Positions 38,347 through 47,961 of a stretch of 64,000 bases of DNA are shown here, piece after piece. The notes beneath the pieces are model-generated. The model saw nothing but the letters and a program-made list of their open reading frames with translations, had not been told where the DNA came from and searched no databases. How positions within the stretch are numbered: position 1 is the first letter of the stretch; the number at the start of each line of letters is the position of its first letter. This DNA is from Kiritimatiellia bacterium (GTDB lineage: Bacteria > Verrucomicrobiota > Kiritimatiellia > CAIKKV01). A program made the position numbers and the translations under genes. The stretch lies in contig JAWOJA010000063.1 of assembly GCA_046484345.1 (NCBI GenBank), positions 432 through 64,431 of the forward strand, read 5' to 3'.

Positions 38347-39741
38347 ATGGGTTCCATGCACTATATCAGCACACGGGGGGGCGGCGAACCGCTGGGTTTC
38401 CAGCAGGCCGTCATGACGGGACTGGCCCGCGACGGCGGACTGCTCCTGCCGGCCGTTATTCCGGATGTCCGCGACAAGCTCGCCGCTTGGCGGGGCCTTT
38501 CCTATACGGACCTGGCCTTTGAGGTCATGCGCCTTTTCACGGACATTCCCGAAGAAGACCTGCGGGCTATCATCACCGACAGCTATTCCAGCTTCCGCCA
38601 TCCCGACGTGGCGCCGGTCGTAAAGGTCGGCAACCTGCATGTGCTGGAGCTTTTCCACGGCCCGACGCTGGCCTTCAAGGACATCGCCCTTCAGTTCCTC
38701 GGCAGCCTGTTCGAATACATCCTGGCCCGTTCGGGCGGGGAGCTGAACATCGTGGCCGCCACAAGCGGGGACACCGGTTCCGCCGCCATTTACGGCGTGC
38801 GCGGGCGCGAGCATATCCGCATCTTCGTGCTGTTCCCCAAGGGCCGGGTCAGCCCCGCCCAGGAGCGGCAGATGACCTCCGTGCTCGACGACAACGTCTT
38901 CTGCCTGGCGGTGGAGGGCACGTTCGACGATTGCCAGGGCATAGTCAAAAGCCTGTTCAATGATCTCGATTTCAGGGACACTCACGCCCTCGGCGCGGTC
39001 AACTCGATCAACTGGGCGCGCATCCTCGCCCAGATCGTCTACTATTTCTACGCGGCGTTCCGCGTGCAGGAGACCACGGGCGCCGACCGCGTGCGATTCA
39101 CCGTTCCGACCGGCAATTTTGGCGACATCTTCGCCGGCTACATGGCGGCGCGCATGGGCCTGCCGATTGGCAAGCTGGTCGTGGCGGCCAACGCCAACGA
39201 CATTCTGTCCCGCTTTTTCTATTCCGGTATCTACGAGTCGGGCGACGTTCACATCACACCAAGCCCTTCGATGGACATCCAGGTGGCCAGCAACTTCGAG
39301 CGCTACCTGTTTTACCGGGCCGGCGGCGATCCTGCCGCCGTCCGCGCCTGGATGGGAGATTTCAGCAAGACCGGCCGCCTGGCGGTGGACGACTGGCAGT
39401 CGCGTCCGGAGCCCCTGTTCGACGCCTACTCGGCCGGCACGCCGGAGACCCTGGCGGCGATCCGCCAGACCTGGGCTGATCACGCCTACCTGGCGGATCC
39501 CCATACGGCCGTCGGCCTCGCCTGCGCGGAACGCGCGCTGAACCCGGACGAGCCGATGATCTGCCTCGCCACCGCGCATCCGGCCAAGTTCAGCCAGGCC
39601 ATCCAGGATGCGACGGGCCAGGATTTGGCGAAACATCCCGAGCTGGACGCCCTCAGCGGGTTGCCGGTCCGGTGCACCACGGTAGCCAATTCCGAAGAAT
39701 CGGTCCGGGAATTCATCAGCGACCTCATCGAAAAGCCATAG
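38347..39741 (+). CDS. thrC: Threonine synthase
   Basis: It opens with the ThrC N-terminus (HYISTRGG…) and has the PLP-lysine region (FHGPTLAFKD). Confidence 0.9.
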   Translation: MGSMHYISTRGGGEPLGFQQAVMTGLARDGGLLLPAVIPDVRDKLAAWRGLSYTDLAFEVMRLFTDIPEEDLRAIITDSYSSFRHPDVAPVVKVGNLHVLELFHGPTLAFKDIALQFLGSLFEYILARSGGELNIVAATSGDTGSAAIYGVRGREHIRIFVLFPKGRVSPAQERQMTSVLDDNVFCLAVEGTFDDCQGIVKSLFNDLDFRDTHALGAVNSINWARILAQIVYYFYAAFRVQETTGADRVRFTVPTGNFGDIFAGYMAARMGLPIGKLVVAANANDILSRFFYSGIYESGDVHITPSPSMDIQVASNFERYLFYRAGGDPAAVRAWMGDFSKTGRLAVDDWQSRPEPLFDAYSAGTPETLAAIRQTWADHAYLADPHTAVGLACAERALNPDEPMICLATAHPAKFSQAIQDATGQDLAKHPELDALSGLPVRCTTVANSEESVREFISDLIEKP

Positions 39742-39762
39742 CCTTCAACAAGGATCATCCCC

Positions 39763-41421
39763 ATGCTGCAGCCTTTGCCAAAAACGTCCTATCCCGCCCC
39801 CAAGGGTCCGGTTGTGCTTGCCATTCTAGACGGCATTGGTCTTTCCGAGCATACCGAAGGCAACGCCGTCCGCTCAGGCAACATGCCGAATCTCAACTGG
39901 CTCATGAAGAACGCCCTGTTCACCAGTCTGCAAGCCCACGGCCTGGCCGTGGGGCTTCCCTCCGACGAGGATATGGGCAACAGCGAGGTGGGGCATAACG
40001 CCATCGGATGCGGCCGGGTCTTCGCCCAGGGCGCCAAGCTCGTTACCGAGGCGCTGGCCACCGGCGCCCTGTTCCAGGGCCATTCCTGGAAAGAGATCAC
40101 CGGGAACTGCCTGGCGAACTCGTCCACCCTGCACTTTATCGGGCTTTTCTCCGACGGCAACGTGCATAGCCATCTCGACCACCTGCGGGCCATGCTGGAG
40201 CAGGCCAAGCGCGAGGGCGTCCGCACCGCGCGCATTCACATCCTGCTCGACGGCCGGGATGTGGGCGAAACCAGCGCCCTGGACTACGTCGATCCGTTTG
40301 AAGCCTTCCTGGCGAAGTTGAATGCCGACGGCACGGTCGATTACCGCATTGCCTCCGGCGGCGGGCGCATGAAAATCACCATGGACCGTTATAACGCGGA
40401 CTGGAACATGGTCCAGCTCGGCTGGGACACGCATGTGCGCGGGAAGGGGGCCGCCTTCGCGTCGGCCCGCGAGGCGATCCAGGCCCTGCGCGCGAGCCAT
40501 CCCGGCGTCATCGACCAGGACCTGCCCCCGTTTGTGATCGCCCGCGACGGCAAGCCGGTCGGGCCGATCCGCGACGGCGACAGCGTGGTCTATTTCAATT
40601 TCCGCGGCGACCGCGCCATTGAGATCACGAAGGCTTTCGAGTACGACGAGGTGCCCCAGATCGACCGCACGCCGCGGCCCAAGGTCGTCTATGCCGGCAT
40701 GATGCAGTATGACGGCGACCTGAAGATTCCCAAACGCTACCTGGTCACGCCGCCCGCCATCGACCGCACGATGGGCGAATTCCTGGCCCGCACGGGCGTT
40801 TCCCAATACGCCATCAGCGAGACGCAGAAATACGGCCATGTGACCTACTTCTTCAACGGCAACCGGTCGGGCAAATTCAGCGATACCCTGGAAGTCTATG
40901 CCGAGGTCCCCTCCGACAACGTGCCTTTCGAGCAGCGCCCCTGGATGAAGTGCGCGGAAATTACCGACATGCTGCTGGATGCCATCGCGCAAAATCGCTG
41001 GCGCTTCCTGCGGGTCAACTTTCCCAATGGCGACATGGTCGGCCACACGGGTGTCTTTCCGGCCGTGCGAATTTCGGTGGAAGCCGTTGACCTCTGCCTG
41101 GGCCGGCTCATGAAGGCCGTGGAGGCGGCGCAGGGCGTTCTCATCGTGTCGGCCGACCACGGGAACGCGGAGGATATGATCGAGCGCAACAAGAAGACCG
41201 GCAAGCTCGTCACGGATCCCGAAACCGGGGCCTTCAAAATGAAAACGGCCCATTCGCTGAATCCGGTCCCGTGCCTGGTGTACGACACGGCGCGCAGCGG
41301 CCGGATCACGCTGTCGAAGCACACGGGCCTGGGCATTTCCAGCCTGGCCGCAACCTGCATCCGGCTGCTCGGCTACGAGCCGCCCGCCGATTACGATCCG
41401 TCGGTGGTCGACGTCCTTTGA
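39763..41421 (+). CDS. gpmI: 2,3-bisphosphoglycerate-independent phosphoglycerate mutase (long iPGM form)
   Basis: The metalloenzyme core and phosphotransferase motifs are present (…ILDGIGL…; …GHVTYFFNG…; VSADHGNAE). Confidence 0.85.
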   Translation: MLQPLPKTSYPAPKGPVVLAILDGIGLSEHTEGNAVRSGNMPNLNWLMKNALFTSLQAHGLAVGLPSDEDMGNSEVGHNAIGCGRVFAQGAKLVTEALATGALFQGHSWKEITGNCLANSSTLHFIGLFSDGNVHSHLDHLRAMLEQAKREGVRTARIHILLDGRDVGETSALDYVDPFEAFLAKLNADGTVDYRIASGGGRMKITMDRYNADWNMVQLGWDTHVRGKGAAFASAREAIQALRASHPGVIDQDLPPFVIARDGKPVGPIRDGDSVVYFNFRGDRAIEITKAFEYDEVPQIDRTPRPKVVYAGMMQYDGDLKIPKRYLVTPPAIDRTMGEFLARTGVSQYAISETQKYGHVTYFFNGNRSGKFSDTLEVYAEVPSDNVPFEQRPWMKCAEITDMLLDAIAQNRWRFLRVNFPNGDMVGHTGVFPAVRISVEAVDLCLGRLMKAVEAAQGVLIVSADHGNAEDMIERNKKTGKLVTDPETGAFKMKTAHSLNPVPCLVYDTARSGRITLSKHTGLGISSLAATCIRLLGYEPPADYDPSVVDVL

Positions 41422-41741
41422 GCGCCTTTCGCCAGTGCGTCCGGTGCGGGAATTGCTGCCGCTGGTCGGGTTATGTGCGCATTTCGGAAAACGAAGCCGA
41501 TGCCGTGGCCGCCTTTCTGGGCGAGCCGATCGCCTCCTTCATGGACCGATTTACGCGCTTGACCACGGACCGCCAAGGGCTTAGTCTGATTGAGAAACCG
41601 GATGGCTCTTGCATTTTTCTTGATGGAACCGATGAGTGCCGGATACAACCGGTCAAGCCCGCCCAGTGCGCGGGTTTCCCCAATACGTGGAATTTTCCCG
41701 GATTCGAAACACAATGCCGATCCAAGGTGATACATGAATAG
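41418..41741 (+). CDS. YkgJ-family cysteine-cluster (CxxCxxCC) protein (UPF0153), probable TTG start overlapping the gpmI stop
   Basis: CVRCGNCCRW…CIFLDG…CRIQPVKPAQCAGFP is the Fe-S/zinc-chelating domain. Confidence 0.55.
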   Translation: MSAFRQCVRCGNCCRWSGYVRISENEADAVAAFLGEPIASFMDRFTRLTTDRQGLSLIEKPDGSCIFLDGTDECRIQPVKPAQCAGFPNTWNFPGFETQCRSKVIHE

Positions 41742-43971
41742 CCGACCCGGCCACATCGAAAGCGCCGACATCCTCAATTTGCTGCAACGGCCCGACTACG
41801 CGCCCCTGACGGCCGCCGAAATCGCGGCCGCGCTTCAGCTGAAGCCCAAAAGCCGCAAGAAAATCGCCGGCCTGCTGGACGCCCTCGTGCATGCCGGCCA
41901 GATCGTCATCCTGCGCCACAACAAGTATGGCCTGGGTGATCCGGCCGATCTCGTCACCGGCCGCCTGGAGATCCGGCGGTCCGGCGGCACCGTGAGCACG
42001 CCCGACGGCACGCCGCTGCTGTTCATTCCCAAAGGCCGGCAGGCCACCGCGCTGCCGGGCGACCTGGTGACCGCGCGGCGCGATTCATCCGCGGCGCCGG
42101 CCCCGGGAAAGCTGGGGGAGGGGAAGATTGTCCGGATCGTGGAACGCGGCCAGCGCATGGTGGTGGGCACGCTGCGGTCCGCCGGCAAGTTTATGTGCGT
42201 GGTTCCGATCGACTCCGCCTACGAGAAGGATTTTTACGTTTCCGACGCCAAGGGGGCCAAGGCCGGCGACCGGGTGGTGATCCAGTTCACGGCCTGGGAA
42301 AACAGCCACGTCAGCCCCGAAGCCGAAATCATGGACGTGATCGGACCGTCCGACAATCCCTCGCTGGACACGATCACCATCATCCGGCACTACGACCTGC
42401 CGGACGTCTTTCCGCCGCCGGTCCTGCGCGAAGCCGAGGAGGCCGCCGCCCTGGCGGGCAAACCCGGCAAGCGTCTCGATTTGAGAGGCACCTACATCTT
42501 CACCATCGATCCGGCCCGGGCGCGCGATTTTGACGATGCCATTTCCCTGGAAACGGATGCGGAAGGGCGGCGCGTGCTGGGTGTGCATATCGCGGATGTG
42601 GCCCATTATATCCGCGAGGGGTCCGCGTTGGATATGGAGGCCCACAAGCGCGGCACGAGCGTCTATTTTCCCGACGGCGTGCTGCCCATGCTCCCCGAAC
42701 AGCTCTCCAATGGCATCTGCAGCCTGCGGCCCGACGAGGACCGGCTGAGCTTTTCCGTTTTCCTGACAATGGATGAAAAAGGCACAGTGGTGGCCCGATC
42801 CTTTGCCAAGAGCATCATGCGCTCGCGTCTGCGGCTGACCTACGAACAGGCCCTTGAGGTGTTGAACGGCAAGGAGCCGGCCGGCTTTCCGCCCGAGGCC
42901 CGCGAGCGCATCCTGCGCGTTCACGAACTGGCCCAGCAGCTTCGGCGCCAGCGGTTCAGCCGGTTCGCACTGGACCTGGAAATGCCGGAAGTCGAATTTG
43001 TCATCGGCCCCGACCAGACCATCACCGACATCCGCATTTCGGGGAGCGATCCCTCGCACCAGCTCATTGAGGAATGCATGGTGGCGGCCAATGAAGCGGT
43101 GGACTGGGAGTTGAGCGGCCGCGGCCTGCAGATTCTGCACCGCGTCCACGAGCCGCCGGCAGAGCAGAAAATTGCCGATCTCACCGGCGAACTTGAAAAC
43201 ATGGGGTTCAAGCCGGGCAACCTGAATATTCCCCGGAACCTGACCGCTTTCCTGAACAGCATCAAGGAAGACGCGCTGGCCCATCACATCCAGACCGCCG
43301 TGTTGCGCAGCATGAAGCGGGCGCTCTATTCCCCGAAGCCGGACGGTCACTACGGGCTGGCGAAAAAGCATTACGCCCATTTCACCTCGCCCATCCGGCG
43401 GTACCCGGACCTGGTCGTGCACCGGATCCTGGCGGCGGTGCTGGCGGGGGTTCGCCCGCCGTACCAGGGCGAACGACTGCCCATGCTGGCCGATCACTGC
43501 TCCCTGACCGAACGGAAGGCCGAAGAGGCCGAACGCAGCCTCATGGAAATCAAGAAATACCGTTACCTCGAGCAGCAGCTCCAGCAGAAACAGCAGACCG
43601 AATTCGAGGCCGTCGTGGTGACCGTCACCAACTTCGGCATGTTCGTGGAGCTGCTCGATCTCCAGTTGCAGGGCCTCGTTCATGTATCCAGCCTTTCCAA
43701 CCAGTTCGTCCGCTTCGACAGCGCCCGGAAGGAGCTGCGAGGGGGAGCCGAAACCTGGTCGACCGGCATGAAGATCAAGGTGCGGGTCGTGAAGGTGGAC
43801 TTCGACAAACGGCGCATCGATTTCGTGCTCGCCGGCACGCAGCCGGCGCAGCCGCCCCGCAAACAGGGTCCTGGAAAACCACAAAACAGCGGACGTTCCA
43901 AGGATCGAAAAAAGAGGAACGAGCCCGCTGATACAGGTAAAAAATCGAATCGCCGGCGCAACCGGCGCTAA
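41734..43971 (+). CDS. rnr: Ribonuclease R
   Basis: It has cold-shock/OB domains, the RNB catalytic domain, an S1 domain and a basic Lys/Arg-rich C-terminal tail. Confidence 0.9.
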   Translation: MNSRPGHIESADILNLLQRPDYAPLTAAEIAAALQLKPKSRKKIAGLLDALVHAGQIVILRHNKYGLGDPADLVTGRLEIRRSGGTVSTPDGTPLLFIPKGRQATALPGDLVTARRDSSAAPAPGKLGEGKIVRIVERGQRMVVGTLRSAGKFMCVVPIDSAYEKDFYVSDAKGAKAGDRVVIQFTAWENSHVSPEAEIMDVIGPSDNPSLDTITIIRHYDLPDVFPPPVLREAEEAAALAGKPGKRLDLRGTYIFTIDPARARDFDDAISLETDAEGRRVLGVHIADVAHYIREGSALDMEAHKRGTSVYFPDGVLPMLPEQLSNGICSLRPDEDRLSFSVFLTMDEKGTVVARSFAKSIMRSRLRLTYEQALEVLNGKEPAGFPPEARERILRVHELAQQLRRQRFSRFALDLEMPEVEFVIGPDQTITDIRISGSDPSHQLIEECMVAANEAVDWELSGRGLQILHRVHEPPAEQKIADLTGELENMGFKPGNLNIPRNLTAFLNSIKEDALAHHIQTAVLRSMKRALYSPKPDGHYGLAKKHYAHFTSPIRRYPDLVVHRILAAVLAGVRPPYQGERLPMLADHCSLTERKAEEAERSLMEIKKYRYLEQQLQQKQQTEFEAVVVTVTNFGMFVELLDLQLQGLVHVSSLSNQFVRFDSARKELRGGAETWSTGMKIKVRVVKVDFDKRRIDFVLAGTQPAQPPRKQGPGKPQNSGRSKDRKKRNEPADTGKKSNRRRNRR

Positions 43972-43989
43972 ACCGGCGGAAGCACGCTC

Positions 43990-44627
43990 ATGCTCATGGA
44001 CCAGATGGGCATCGACAAGGCTGTCATCCTGCCCAGCGTCAGCCCGGAGTCGCCGGCCGAACCCCAGAGCATGGGGGAGGTGTTGTACATCGGCGACCAG
44101 TATCCGGGCCGATTCATTCCGTTTTAGAATTTCGATCCCCGGATTGCCCACCGGCCCGAGTTGACGACAACGGACGACTACCTCTACCTGCTCGAGCAAT
44201 GCCGGGGGGGTGGCTTCAAGGGAATAGGAGAGGTTACCGCCAGCGTATCTCCGCCGACTACGGGTTGTTGGACGAACTGGGCATGCCGCTTTTGGAAAGG
44301 CGCTGAACCTTTTCCCGAATCAGATTTTTTTCGGGCACAGCATGGCGTTTTGGAGCGTAATTTCCGGCGAGCGCACGGCCTGTACGGTGACCTGTCGGCC
44401 GGCAGCGGGTTCAACCAATCTCGCGCGATACCGATTTCAGGTACGCCTTCATTGAAGAGTTCCAGGACCGGCTTCTCTTCGGCCAGGATTTCTGTTCGCG
44501 CCTCAACAACATGCCGCACCTCGCCTAGTTCAAGAGCGGGCTGGCCGCGGGCAAAATCAGCAAAACGGCTTTTGAAAAGATCATGTGGCAAAACGCCAAC
44601 CGCCTGCTGAAACTGGGGTTGGACTAG
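43990..44627 (+). pseudogene. Degraded amidohydrolase-2 (PF04909-type TIM-barrel metal-dependent hydrolase) gene with several frameshifts
   Basis: Fragments lie in different frames: MDQMGIDKAVILPSV…, …FKGIGEVTASV…, …EFQDRLLFGQDF…, and a C-terminal …KIMWQNANRLLKLGLD, the typical amidohydrolase-2 ending. Confidence 0.4.
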
Positions 44628-44752
44628 CGGCAGGCATCGGATGCGGCCCCGGCACACACCCGATGGCGCGGTCGAACCACGAAAAGACTTTGGCGTAACA
44701 AGTAAACAATTAATACTTGATCTGTATTTCAAAGTAAACAATACTGACTCCC

Positions 44753-46054
44753 ATGAAGACGGAAACCGCTAAAAAACTGGTCGCGGAGTGGATCGAAGAA
44801 CAGCGCCTGCCGACGCTGATTCGTCGCGACGCGCCCCCGGTCGATATGCCCCATCTGGCGGATATCCTCGCCGTCGTGGGCCCCCGGCGTGCGGGCAAGA
44901 CCTGGTACATGTATCAATTGATCGAGGACCTGCTGCAATCGGGGACCTGTGCGAAGGACGACATTCTGTTCATGGATTTTGAGGACTATCGGCTGGCGGA
45001 CTTCACGGCGCCCGATGTGGAAACTCTGTTGACGGCCTTCAACCATGTGACGGGGAAGAGTCCCTCGTTCCTGTTCTTTGACGAAATCCAGCGACTGCCC
45101 AACTGGAGCCGGGTGCTGCGGACACTGCACAACCAGCGCCGTTTCCACATCGTCGTTTCCGGAAGCAACTCGGAATTGCTGAGCCGGGAGGTATCCACGG
45201 AATTGCGGGGCCGGTACCGCGACGTCTTGATCCTGCCGTTTTCCTTCCGGGAAATGCTGCGGCTCCGCGGCGTGGAGTATTCGGAGCGCACCTTTCTCAC
45301 CGCCGGTCGGGGCCGGATCCTCAAAGCATTCGATGCCTATTTGGAGCAGGGCGGTTTTCCGGAGGTATTGAAGCGGGAGGTTCCGGCGGAACGCCGTCAA
45401 CTTTTGCAGAACTACTACCGAACCATTTTCTATCGGGACATTCTCGAACGCCACAACGTGAAGGCCAAGTATGTCTTGGAAGCCATGATGCGCTACTGCC
45501 TGAACGTCTTTGCGGACCTTTTTTCTATCTCGGCGTTCGAAAAAACGTTGAAACAGAGCAGCCTGCCGGGCAGTAAGCGAACGATATCGAACTACCTGCA
45601 CTATCTGAGCGAGGCGTTCTTCCTGATCGTCAACGAGAAGTTTTCGTTCTCGCCCCGCAAGCGGCTGATGAACCCGAAGAAGGTCTATCTGCTCGATGTC
45701 GGCTTCAGCTTTCTCTCCACCGCGTTCTCCGAAAACGCCGGCAAAGTCCTTGAAAATGTGGTGGCGATCGAACTGTTTCGCCGGCAGGAGGAGGTGTTCT
45801 ATTTCAAGGACCGGGGGGAGTGCGATTTCCTGATCAAACAGGGCCAAAAGCTGGACGCGGCTATTCAAGTGACGTGGACGCTAACTGACTTGAATCGGGA
45901 ACGGGAGCTGAACGGATTGGCCGACGCCATGTCGGCCCACCGTTTAAGTTCGGGTCTGGTCCTGACCTACGATCAAGACGAGGAACTTACATACAAGGGG
46001 CACAAGGTCACGGTGACCCCGGTCTGGAAGTGGTTGTTGCGTAAAGGAGATTGA
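44753..46054 (+). CDS. AAA-superfamily ATPase with a DUF4143 C-terminal domain (COG1373-like)
   Basis: It has a Walker A (VVGPRRAGKT) and Walker B (LFFDEIQ). Its GC content (about 57%) is slightly below that of its neighbours. Confidence 0.75.
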   Translation: MKTETAKKLVAEWIEEQRLPTLIRRDAPPVDMPHLADILAVVGPRRAGKTWYMYQLIEDLLQSGTCAKDDILFMDFEDYRLADFTAPDVETLLTAFNHVTGKSPSFLFFDEIQRLPNWSRVLRTLHNQRRFHIVVSGSNSELLSREVSTELRGRYRDVLILPFSFREMLRLRGVEYSERTFLTAGRGRILKAFDAYLEQGGFPEVLKREVPAERRQLLQNYYRTIFYRDILERHNVKAKYVLEAMMRYCLNVFADLFSISAFEKTLKQSSLPGSKRTISNYLHYLSEAFFLIVNEKFSFSPRKRLMNPKKVYLLDVGFSFLSTAFSENAGKVLENVVAIELFRRQEEVFYFKDRGECDFLIKQGQKLDAAIQVTWTLTDLNRERELNGLADAMSAHRLSSGLVLTYDQDEELTYKGHKVTVTPVWKWLLRKGD

Positions 46055-46213
46055 AGAATCCTGCGAAGAAGTTGGATTGCCGGTGTGGAACCAGCTATAA
46101 TAGGGCGAATTTTGGGACTTGAGAGTACCGTTTTTTGATCTATGCGGCCAAGAATATGCCATTATTCAAGTAGGGTTGACTCGACGATAACTGCGCAAAG
46201 GACTGGAGCTTAC

Positions 46214-46663
46214 ATGAATAAACGGATCACGTTTCAACTGGCGGGGCTTCTGGCCTGCCTGCTTCTGCTGGCCGGCTGCGTTTCGTCAAACACGTTTGTG
46301 AAATCGGTCGAGCCCAACTGGAACACCATCACGCTGCGCTCCGGCCTGTCCTATGACCAGGCCTGGGACACCACCGTGGATTTCCTGGTCAAGCGGTTCG
46401 ACATGGAACTGCTTTCCCGCACGGACGGCTACCTGCGGACCCATTGGTCGTATACCTGGAAAGGCGAGTTCACTCAGAAATACCGCATCCGGATTGCGCT
46501 CAAGTTTTCACCCGACCGCAAAACCCTGGAAATTAAAACCGAGGCCGAATCCGGCGGCGAAGGGAAGCGGGTTGCCGGCTATGACACCCGACTGCGCGAT
46601 TTCATCCGCACGGAACTGGCGGCGTTGATCGGAACGCCCGCCATAACGGGAGCAAGCAAATGA
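46214..46663 (+). CDS. Lipoprotein of unknown function (149 aa), paralog 1 of a tandem pair
   Basis: It has a signal peptide and lipobox LLLAGC. It is about 45% identical to the next gene across the mature domain. Confidence 0.65.
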   Translation: MNKRITFQLAGLLACLLLLAGCVSSNTFVKSVEPNWNTITLRSGLSYDQAWDTTVDFLVKRFDMELLSRTDGYLRTHWSYTWKGEFTQKYRIRIALKFSPDRKTLEIKTEAESGGEGKRVAGYDTRLRDFIRTELAALIGTPAITGASK

Positions 46664-47094
46664 AATGCCGACTTTGCCTGCCGCTCCTTCTGGCGACAAT
46701 CCTCGCGACCGGCTGCTCAACACCGCTCCCCAAGGGATTTCAAACGGTTCCGGGTCCCGGCTGGACGACTCTCGAAATTCGCAAGGACGTGAATTACGAC
46801 CATGCGTGGAATTCCGTTGTCGAACTGCTGGCGCGCGACTTCGATCTGGAGATTCTGTCCAAGGAAGACGGGTATATGCGAACCGCCTGGTCGCATACCT
46901 GGAATGGCGCCTATTTGCCGTTATACCGCGTCCGCGTGACCGTTCTGTTCCCTGAGGACCGGCAAACCATCCGTATTAAACCCGAGGCCCAGACCTTTTC
47001 GAAAGACGAGGTCTGGGTGGCCGGGGCCGATGAGCGGCTTCTGCCCGGGCTCAAGGCGGAACTGCTGGGCACCATTGGCCGCACCTTGCGCTGA
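46660..47094 (+). CDS. Lipoprotein of unknown function (144 aa), paralog 2
   Basis: Its lipobox is ILATGC. It shares blocks with paralog 1: YD.AW..VV.LL.R.FD.E.LS..DGY.RT.WS.TW.G, R.R…F..DR.T..IK.EA. Confidence 0.65.
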   Translation: MKCRLCLPLLLATILATGCSTPLPKGFQTVPGPGWTTLEIRKDVNYDHAWNSVVELLARDFDLEILSKEDGYMRTAWSHTWNGAYLPLYRVRVTVLFPEDRQTIRIKPEAQTFSKDEVWVAGADERLLPGLKAELLGTIGRTLR

Positions 47095-47145
47095 TTTCTT
47101 TTATGATGGAATAGCGGCCCCGGATGGCGTATATTTTCCCCGCAT

Positions 47146-47958
47146 ATGCCAATTCGCCTTCCATTCTTCAGCGACCTCTGGGCCCACCGGGAACTGGTGC
47201 TGATCCTCGTTCAGCGGAATATCAAAATCCGTTACAAGGGATCGGTCCTGGGTTTTTTCTGGTCGTTGGCGAGTCCTGTTTTCTTCATTCTCATCTACGG
47301 GGCCTTCCTTAAGCTGGTTGCCCGCGGCTTTCCCTTCAACATGCAGGTGCTGGTCACCGGCATCATCCTCTGGCAGTTCGTCAGTCTCTGTGCCAACGAT
47401 TCGCTGAATGCCGTGGTGGGCAATGCCAATCTGATCAAAAAAACCGCTTTTCCACGTTTTATTTTGCCCCTTTCTACCGTCCTGGCCAACCTGGTGAACT
47501 TCCTGATGTCCGGCCTGGTCCTGCTGGGCTACCTGCTCATTGTCCAAGCGCCCATCCAATGGGTTGCCCTGCTGTGGCTGCCGGCCCTGATTTTAACGCA
47601 GACGGCCCTGTGCCTCGGCTTGGCGGCCTTGCTCTCCTCGGCCAATGTGTTTTTCCGGGACGCCGAGCATCTGCTGGGGCACGTGATCATGGCCTGGTTT
47701 TTCCTGACCCCCATCCTGTATCCCGCCTCACTGCCGCTGGAGCTCATCCGCGCCAAAACACCCGCCTTTGTGGAGACTCTCTATTTCTGCAATCCCATGG
47801 CCGGGCTGATGACGGCCTATCGCCGCATCCTGCTGGGGACCCCACTCGATGCCTCGCCCTGGCTGCCCGCGATCTCCTTCGCCATTTGCTGGATCCTTTT
47901 GGGAATCGGAATTGCCGTGTTTCAAAAAGTGCAATCCCGGTTTGGAGATGAATTGTAA
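47146..47958 (+). CDS. ABC-2 type polysaccharide/O-antigen export permease (Wzm/TagG/KpsM-like)
   Basis: It is a 6-TM ABC-2 permease with a conserved N-terminus (…RELVLILVQRNIKIRYKGSVLGFFWSL…). Confidence 0.85.
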   Translation: MPIRLPFFSDLWAHRELVLILVQRNIKIRYKGSVLGFFWSLASPVFFILIYGAFLKLVARGFPFNMQVLVTGIILWQFVSLCANDSLNAVVGNANLIKKTAFPRFILPLSTVLANLVNFLMSGLVLLGYLLIVQAPIQWVALLWLPALILTQTALCLGLAALLSSANVFFRDAEHLLGHVIMAWFFLTPILYPASLPLELIRAKTPAFVETLYFCNPMAGLMTAYRRILLGTPLDASPWLPAISFAICWILLGIGIAVFQKVQSRFGDEL

Positions 47959-47961
47959 AGC

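Noticed and set aside
38335-44199. Long minus-strand ORFs antisense to thrC (433 aa), gpmI (482 aa) and rnr (704 aa)
   Set aside because: They are antisense to well-supported genes, with low-complexity translations.
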